Shown piece by piece: positions 26,735 through 32,000 of a stretch of DNA of 32,000 nt. Source of the DNA: an uncultured Chloroflexia bacterium (GTDB lineage: Bacteria > Chloroflexota > Ktedonobacteria > Ktedonobacterales > JADMIN01). Both the position numbers and the translations under genes were made by a program. The stretch covers positions 690,001 through 722,000 of the forward strand of contig CAVRAI010000003.1 of the NCBI GenBank assembly GCA_963718915.1. The letters run 5' to 3'. Position 1 is the stretch's first letter. Each line of letters starts with the position of its first letter. The notes below the pieces were generated by a model, which did not search any database, was not told the origin of the DNA, and saw only the letters and a list, made by a program, of their open reading frames with translations.

Positions 26735-27529
26735 ATGCCTGCCAACGACATCTTTCATCAGTTGAACGAATTCGTGGTTGCGGCGCTTATGTTCCTCATT
26801 CTCATCGGCGCTGGTGAGGTCGGATACCTCCTGGCTCGACGCCGACGCGCGGGCAGGAAAAACGAGACGGCTGCCGAAACCCACGAGCACCTGAATGAGA
26901 TTCAGACGGCGATCTTTGCGGTGCTCGGACTCTTGCTCGCGTTCACATTCGCTATGGCTGTTTCACGCTTTGATGCGCGCAAGCAGGCGCTGGTGGACGA
27001 GACCGACGCGATTGGGACAGCCTACCTCCGCGTCCAGTTGCTCCCACCGGGGCAGCAGCCGGCGGCAGCGGCGGTCTTCCGCACCTATGTGGACGCCAGA
27101 TTAAATTCGGCGCGTCCCTACTGGTATCTGGATGCGCGGCTGAAAAACGAGACGAACGAGCTACAGCAGCAATTGTGGACGCAAGGCACAGATGCTGCGA
27201 ACCAGGATCCGCACGCAGTCACCACCAGCCTCTATATTCAGTCGCTGAATGACATGTTCGACGCCCAGAGCGCTCGGGATGCGTCCCGGCTGAACGAGCT
27301 TCCCACGAGCGCGATCTATCTGCTTCTCGTCATCTCTATTCTCTCAACGGGGGTGCTTGGATATCGGGCAGGGCTGGGAGGTAGACGGTCGATCGTTGGG
27401 GCGGTGCTTCTCGCGCTCGTCATCACGCTCGTCGTCGGGATCATTATCGACCTCGACCAGTCCTATCAGGGTCTTATTACGATCAGCCAGCAGGCCCTGA
27501 TCCAGCTCAGACAGAGCATGGGGCCATAA
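26735..27529 (+). CDS. DUF4239-type membrane protein
   Basis: IQTAIFAVLGLLLAFTFAMAVSRFDARKQALVDETDAIGTAYLRVQLLP is the family core as I remember it. Two further C-terminal TM helices are present. Confidence 0.75.
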   Translation: MPANDIFHQLNEFVVAALMFLILIGAGEVGYLLARRRRAGRKNETAAETHEHLNEIQTAIFAVLGLLLAFTFAMAVSRFDARKQALVDETDAIGTAYLRVQLLPPGQQPAAAAVFRTYVDARLNSARPYWYLDARLKNETNELQQQLWTQGTDAANQDPHAVTTSLYIQSLNDMFDAQSARDASRLNELPTSAIYLLLVISILSTGVLGYRAGLGGRRSIVGAVLLALVITLVVGIIIDLDQSYQGLITISQQALIQLRQSMGP

Positions 27530-27636
27530 GGGGCCATAATTCAGCTCAATTGCAAGTGTACGGTAGCGAGGTATGCGCATCCAATCCAGACAAACGCATG
27601 ACCTAGCATGACCTATCCCAGAACAGGAGCGTCGCC

Positions 27637-28464
27637 ATGAACAATGATCCCCATGCAAACGGCCACATACAACCACCATCGGTCTCGCCAGCCGAGACGA
27701 CCAGAGCCAGCCAATCGGGCGACGACCGATTCGACACTACCGCGGCGTTGCTGCGTCTGCTCATGGGTGGCGCGCTCCTGGGGACGCGGGAGCTACGGGT
27801 GCGGCTGGAGCGATGGCAGCAGACCATCCCCAATCCCGCCTCGAGCCAGGCAGTGGCGCCACGAACCGCCTCCCCATCTGACCAGCTCCGTTACACACTC
27901 ATGGGGATGATGTTTGAAACGGAGTCGCGCATGCGGCGGAGATTCTCCACCATGAGGAGGCGTTTCGCACGAGTCTCGCACGAGGCCAATACCTTCTATA
28001 CAACCGTCATGTCGGACATGCGTTATACTCCGCTCGATCCGCTACGCGCGCGTTTCGAAGAAATGATCTACCGCGCGACGATGGCGGTGGATCGGTGGGC
28101 GGATCGGGGACGGATGGAGGAGCAACAAAGCCGCTCCATGGCGCAGGAGGCTGTGGTGAGCGTGATTGATGAACTGCTCGACTACATGGCGCGGAATCCT
28201 GAGGTTCGCCATTTGATCGAGCAGCAGGGTATGAGCATGGCTGAAACCGCCGTGGATGAGGTGCGCGAGCGGACGGCGACGGCGGATATGTGGATCGAGC
28301 GGATTGCGCGGAGCCTGCTCCACCGCCCGGCGAGCGAGAACCCCGCGCCATCGGCGTCATCGGCGTCATCGGCGTCATCGGTGGCTATCTCATCGCCAGG
28401 GACAACAAGCCCGGTAGCGACGACGGTGGAGACGGATACGTCCCTCACCCGGCGATCCAGGTGA
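27637..28464 (+). CDS. hypothetical protein (helical, R/E/M-rich), upstream partner of the RDD gene
   Basis: AGGAG lies 7 nt upstream of the ATG. 275 aa. It contains an in-frame 9-bp x~4 array (28349-28384) encoding SASSASSASS. Its stop lies inside the SD-like AGGTGA that precedes the next gene. Confidence 0.6.
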   Translation: MNNDPHANGHIQPPSVSPAETTRASQSGDDRFDTTAALLRLLMGGALLGTRELRVRLERWQQTIPNPASSQAVAPRTASPSDQLRYTLMGMMFETESRMRRRFSTMRRRFARVSHEANTFYTTVMSDMRYTPLDPLRARFEEMIYRATMAVDRWADRGRMEEQQSRSMAQEAVVSVIDELLDYMARNPEVRHLIEQQGMSMAETAVDEVRERTATADMWIERIARSLLHRPASENPAPSASSASSASSVAISSPGTTSPVATTVETDTSLTRRSR

Positions 28465-28471
28465 TACCGCT

Positions 28472-29017
28472 ATGGACAGGATGACGATTCACAAGTCACA
28501 CACACACACACACACACATGCGCACGCGGGCTTTATTAGCCGCGCCATTGCCTTTGTACTCGACATTGTCGTGATGAGCGTGGCCGTGCTGGCGGCTGTC
28601 GCGCTCTTGCAGGCGCTGCTGGGCTTCTTCACCCTGTATGGGTTGGTCGGGCAACGGGTTGTCCAGTCCAGCCCGTTCCGCGATATCGTCGTCGTGGTGA
28701 TCGCGCTCATCGGCGTCGGAGTGGCCATTGGCTATCCGGTCTTCTTCTGGGTGTTGCTTGGCCAGACCCCAGGCAAGTTACTCATGGGCGTGCGCATCTC
28801 GCGGACGAACGGCCAACCGCTGACGGTCAGGCGCGCGCTGCTGCGCTACCTGGGGTACTGGCTCTCGGCGATACCGCTCGGCCTGGGGTTCTTCTGGGTG
28901 CTGGTGGACGATCACCGCCAGTGCTGGCACGATAAGCTCGCCGACACCGTTGTGATCTATGACTCGCGGTCGCCTGTCCCGCTCCCCTCAGCATCCGCGC
29001 CGCGCTCTGCTCTATAG
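28472..29017 (+). CDS. RDD-family membrane protein with an N-terminal His/Thr tail encoded by (CA)11
   Basis: RDD hallmarks: FISRAIAFVLDIVV (first Arg), three TM helices, GKLLMGVRISR, and WHDKLADTVVIY (final Asp). No in-frame start exists downstream of the CA tract that would keep the first conserved Arg, so the tract is coding. Confidence 0.85.
   Translation: MDRMTIHKSHTHTHTHAHAGFISRAIAFVLDIVVMSVAVLAAVALLQALLGFFTLYGLVGQRVVQSSPFRDIVVVVIALIGVGVAIGYPVFFWVLLGQTPGKLLMGVRISRTNGQPLTVRRALLRYLGYWLSAIPLGLGFFWVLVDDHRQCWHDKLADTVVIYDSRSPVPLPSASAPRSAL
28497..28518. repeat. (CA)11 dinucleotide microsatellite inside the RDD gene
   Basis: cacacacacacacacacacaca read directly from the sequence. It is translated as HTHTHTH. 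Confidence 0.95.
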
Positions 29018-29716
29018 TTGCGCGTCCTCCGATGCCTCCGGTAAGTCCGTCTGTGCCAGGCTCTGGAAATCTGCGACCGACATCCGAAGATAGACGGCGC
29101 TAGAATCGGCATCGTCCACATCTTCCATAGGGATGAAGTGCTGGTGTTTCAGGAGATGTCCAGAGGTTACCACGATACCGCGCAGTTTCCCCTCGTCCGT
29201 CACGCTCAACTCGTGGACATTGCCGACATGACTCCCGTCACCCGCCAGAACCTTGGTGCCTTTCGTGATCCCGAACTCGTTTTCAGAGAGGCTGCTTTGT
29301 TCCGTGACAACGCTGGAGGTCATATCGACATAGCCGATAAAGGGGCCACTGCCGGGGGACCACTCCTGCCCTACCGGGGTTGAACTCCCCAGGCCAGGTG
29401 TGGAGAGCGGCATCATACCACGGCTGGCGCCATCGTAATCCTCCATGCCCGGAGAGGCGCTATTGCTGACAAACTTCTCGACGAAGTACTGCGGAAGCTG
29501 GAGGAACTGCTCTTCGGCGATGGCCAGGTGGATCGTTTCATCGGCATCCACCCGCTCGACCTTGTCTACTGGCACAGTCAAATCGCTGCCCATCCACTGC
29601 GTATGCACCACGAACGAATCCAGCATCCCTTTGCTGGTATCCACAATCAGCTTGCTGACTTTGCCCGCCGTTTTCCCTTCCTGTGTCAGAACATGGGCGC
29701 CCAGCTCGATATGCAT
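29012..29716 (-). CDS. tandem PRC-barrel domain protein
   Basis: ATG at 29716 with GGAGG (rc of 29722-29726) 5 nt upstream; the track start is 29773. Two PRC-barrel-like modules: GAHVLTQEGKTAGKVSKLIVDTSKGMLDSFVV...VPVDKVERVD and GTKVLAGDGSHVGNVHELSVTDEGKLRGIVVTSG...IPMEDVDD. Confidence 0.8.
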   Translation of the reverse strand: MHIELGAHVLTQEGKTAGKVSKLIVDTSKGMLDSFVVHTQWMGSDLTVPVDKVERVDADETIHLAIAEEQFLQLPQYFVEKFVSNSASPGMEDYDGASRGMMPLSTPGLGSSTPVGQEWSPGSGPFIGYVDMTSSVVTEQSSLSENEFGITKGTKVLAGDGSHVGNVHELSVTDEGKLRGIVVTSGHLLKHQHFIPMEDVDDADSSAVYLRMSVADFQSLAQTDLPEASEDAQL

Positions 29717-30098
29717 ATCTGCCTCCTCAGCAATCGCTCTTCTGTCTCTGTCATTGTGTCCCCAGTGCAGCATAGAGGTGAGGATTGGCCGTTGTCGCCG
29801 CGCGCAGTGGGTGTTTACGGGGTTAGTCCAGCGCCTGCCTCAAGAGCGAGCGTAGACCTTGCCTTCGGGTGAGTAGTGGCTTTCGTGGCTGCTGCGTTTT
29901 GGCTCCAATGCGCTTGCCTGGCGACTCTTTCAACGCGAAATATAGCATGCGAGGGAGAATATCACCTTAATGACTGAGTAGAATCGTTGCTTTAAAGATG
30001 CTATACTTGCTCATCAGTCGGCAGGCAGCCATGCCGAACGATTCGATCAGGATCTCTTCGGGAGTATTCTGAACTTTGGCGCAACATCATCAAGGTAT

Positions 30099-30779
30099 GT
30101 GGCGCGCCGCGCACTGTTGGCCAGCATGAGAAGAGGGTTATTGAGTTCGGCCATGGAAACAAAGTATCGTATCATTTCTACTCAGCAGGTTTCTTCCTAC
30201 AGACAACAACTCACAGCACGCGGCATTCGAGTTACCATTGGGTTTCATGCGACCTCTCGGAGTAAAGTTGAATCTATTCTGGAGAATGGCTTTGCGCCAA
30301 GTCGCAATGGGTATGACTGGCTTGGTGATGGCGCATATTTCTGGGAAAATGATCTGGACCGCGCGGCACATTGGGCTAGGAGGCACTTCCGTTCGGAGCG
30401 TGCGGTCATAGGAGTATTGCTGCGTCTTACTGGCTGTATGGACCTTCAGACACAGCGCAATTACTGGTTGAAGACGCTTCAGGCTGAATACATCGAGATT
30501 CGGAACCTGCACAGGCGAAAAAGGATCAAATTGCCCAGGCAGACCCAGGGAGCGAATAGACTCGATTGCCTGGTTTTCAACAGTGCGATTGAACATATGG
30601 CGGAGCGAGGCATTCTTGTTCAATCAGTACGCGAGATGTTTATCGAGGGCAAACCAGCCTGGTGGCGATCCGCGATCCGTACACAATCACATATACAGGT
30701 GCCATTCGGGATGATAGCGTCATTGAGGCAGTCTGGATACTTGAGACACCAGAAGAATTCGCGGACGCTGATCGCATAG
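30099..30779 (+). CDS. hypothetical protein in the low-G+C islet; possible ADP-ribosyltransferase-fold (H-Y-E-like, DUF3990-like) enzyme; start and 3' end uncertain
   Basis: IGFHATSRSKVESILENGF...WLGDGAYFWENDLDRAAHWA resembles the His-strand and G-x-G-x-Y-F strand of PARP-type ART folds. This is a recollection, not a search result. Alternative starts are at 30126 and 30153. A different frame gives a more protein-like C-terminus (see findings). Confidence 0.5.
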   Translation: MARRALLASMRRGLLSSAMETKYRIISTQQVSSYRQQLTARGIRVTIGFHATSRSKVESILENGFAPSRNGYDWLGDGAYFWENDLDRAAHWARRHFRSERAVIGVLLRLTGCMDLQTQRNYWLKTLQAEYIEIRNLHRRKRIKLPRQTQGANRLDCLVFNSAIEHMAERGILVQSVREMFIEGKPAWWRSAIRTQSHIQVPFGMIASLRQSGYLRHQKNSRTLIA

Positions 30780-30828
30780 TATATGGGGATAGATGATGAA
30801 GACTGCCTCAGACAAAAGGCGTATCGCC

Positions 30829-31437
30829 TTAATTCCCTGTAGTTCCTGATTGCTGGAGCAACTTCCTCAAGACCGCATGCGCCTCCGCAAGTTGGCGTTT
30901 TCTTTCTTGCTCCATCCACTGACTTAGCCGGGAATCAGGCGAGCTGAAGCCATGGGGCAATTTCCCACGAAGATTCTTCTGGAAGTCTCGATCAAGTTTT
31001 TGGAGCGTCGCCGCTAAATCCTTGATTGCCGCAAGCCCCTCGAACAAGGAACCTCCCCACTGAGCCAAAGGCGCAGGTTCGTCATGAGCAACACATGCCA
31101 CAAAACGGACACGAGCCTCTTCAAGCAACATAAAGGCTTGCTGGCTCTCACGAGACGCCGATATATACAGCATAACCTGTGGCGCGGACAACAGATCCGC
31201 GGCGTACTTGCTAATCGGGGGTTCCCCATTGGCGCCAGGAGCAGTTGGACCAGAAGCGTCTGTGGTCATCGCACGAGGATGAGGCGCATCATCATGCGCA
31301 GGGCCACCATCCTCTGCCGGACCTGTAAGCTCGGATGAATAATCGGGGTAGGTATTTACCGTAGTATTGGAGGCGACAGCGTGTATACGGCCATCTGATG
31401 GTTGAGAGGCCAAATGACCTCGGGTTCTTCGGGCCAT
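30829..31437 (-). CDS. hypothetical protein (disordered P/A/G/T-rich N-terminal half, structured C-terminal half)
   Basis: ATG at 31437 with GAAGGAG upstream. 202 aa. Convergent with 30099..30779 across a short gap. No family recognised. Confidence 0.5.
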   Translation of the reverse strand: MARRTRGHLASQPSDGRIHAVASNTTVNTYPDYSSELTGPAEDGGPAHDDAPHPRAMTTDASGPTAPGANGEPPISKYAADLLSAPQVMLYISASRESQQAFMLLEEARVRFVACVAHDEPAPLAQWGGSLFEGLAAIKDLAATLQKLDRDFQKNLRGKLPHGFSSPDSRLSQWMEQERKRQLAEAHAVLRKLLQQSGTTGN

Positions 31438-31808
31438 TGTATATCTCCTTCACTGTTCCATCTTGACACAAGGGCGAGATGGTTCTAGTGTAGAGAACGC
31501 CTGTAGTACCTAACTACTATAGGTTAGCAGCTATTCATACACTATATTCAGTCGGCGCCGCATGAGACAGCAGGGCATTCGTGCAGACAAAGCGTGCCCC
31601 AAGTGTCTCACATTGTGTCAATGGCCCCAGATACCCTAAGGACGCCTCAGGTAAGGCAAACATTCCAGCGGATGCCTTGAAAGATCCTTCACGGCTGAGT
31701 AGAGCCGCAGAAGGAGATGCAAACACAAACATCTTGACACATTAGCACAAATGTACTGGCATTGCAAACCATACATCGCGTCAAGACTCCGATGCTATAT
31801 CTAAAAGA

Positions 31809-32000
31809 TCATTCGCTGGCAAGCACATCACGCAGCGCGGTGCGTTGCGGAGCCGGAAGCGCGGCAAGATAGTGCTCGCGCTCACGGGCGCACCACAGTC
31901 GTCGCGCTCGTTCCCAGCGCATCAGCTGAAGGTGTTGTATGCGCTGCCGCCAGTGTGGGCCGATGACCAGCAGGACGGCCAGCGCGGGAACCACGAAGGC
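31809..32000 (-). CDS. 3' end of an unidentified gene entering from the right edge (partial)
   Basis: The frame is open from the window edge to the stop at 31809. G+C returns to the high level of the bulk sequence. Translation: ...VVPALAVLLVIGPHWRQRIQHLQLMRWERARRLW... Confidence 0.35.
   Translation of the reverse strand, partial: AFVVPALAVLLVIGPHWRQRIQHLQLMRWERARRLWCAREREHYLAALPAPQRTALRDVLASE

Noticed and set aside
31535-31732. 65-aa minus-strand ORF, and a 24-aa plus-strand CPKC-containing mini-ORF, in the islet's right flank
   Set aside because: No SD, no motif, and too short. This is probably non-coding or decayed sequence.
29997-31798. 9-mer gatgctata at 29997-30005 and 31790-31798, considered as att-like direct repeats bounding the low-G+C islet (with the inverted 8-mer tatagcat at 29941-29948)
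   Set aside because: It is too short to be significant for A/T-rich flanks of this size. No integrase or tRNA gene is present to support an integration-site interpretation. It is noted only as something to recheck if the islet proves mobile.
1-32000. tRNA, rRNA, tmRNA or riboswitch genes
   Set aside because: I scanned the intergenic regions by eye for T-arm-like GGTTCGAAnCC motifs, cloverleaf-scale structure and familiar riboswitch cores and found none. A covariance-model scan would be needed to exclude small RNAs.

Overview
High-G+C bacterial chromosomal DNA. The gene content (DUF1269/DUF6325-like/SHOCT trio, MASE1 and NarL-type signalling genes, strong GGAGG Shine-Dalgarno sites, GTG/TTG starts) looks Chloroflexota- or Actinomycetota-like, but taxonomy cannot be fixed from the sequence alone. 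I call about 27 protein genes and found no tRNA, rRNA or CRISPR array.

Contents from left to right:
- an SPFH/band-7 protein with a small membrane partner;
- a minus-strand operon of a PDZ-less HtrA-like serine protease and two membrane proteins;
- a DUF1269 / DUF6325-like / Q-rich SHOCT trio;
- a regulatory block (GAF-like HisKA kinase, divergent NarL-type response regulator, MalT/LuxR-type STAND regulator) bracketed by two inverted copies of a roughly 270-bp GC-rich MITE-like repeat;
- an IS982-family element nested in the right-hand repeat copy;
- an orphan MASE1-PAS-HisKA_3 kinase;
- a second, paralogous divergent kinase/NarL-regulator pair;
- several small hypothetical proteins, a DUF1345-like membrane protein, a Cys-type arylsulfatase, DUF4239, an RDD protein and a PRC-barrel protein;
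- at the right end, a visibly lower-G+C islet carrying a possible ADP-ribosyltransferase-fold gene.

The most unusual signal is at the DNA level, not a gene cluster. The window is peppered with short (8-14 bp) tandem duplications. Six of them, plus one single-base change in a homopolymer run, account for every break I can see in the IS982 transposase frame, and collapsing them restores a continuous IS982-like protein. Inside intact genes I saw only 3n-length units, with one exception: a (CA)11 tract in the 5' coding region of the RDD gene, a candidate phase-variation switch.

All family assignments come from motif recognition by eye and memory. None was confirmed by a database search.
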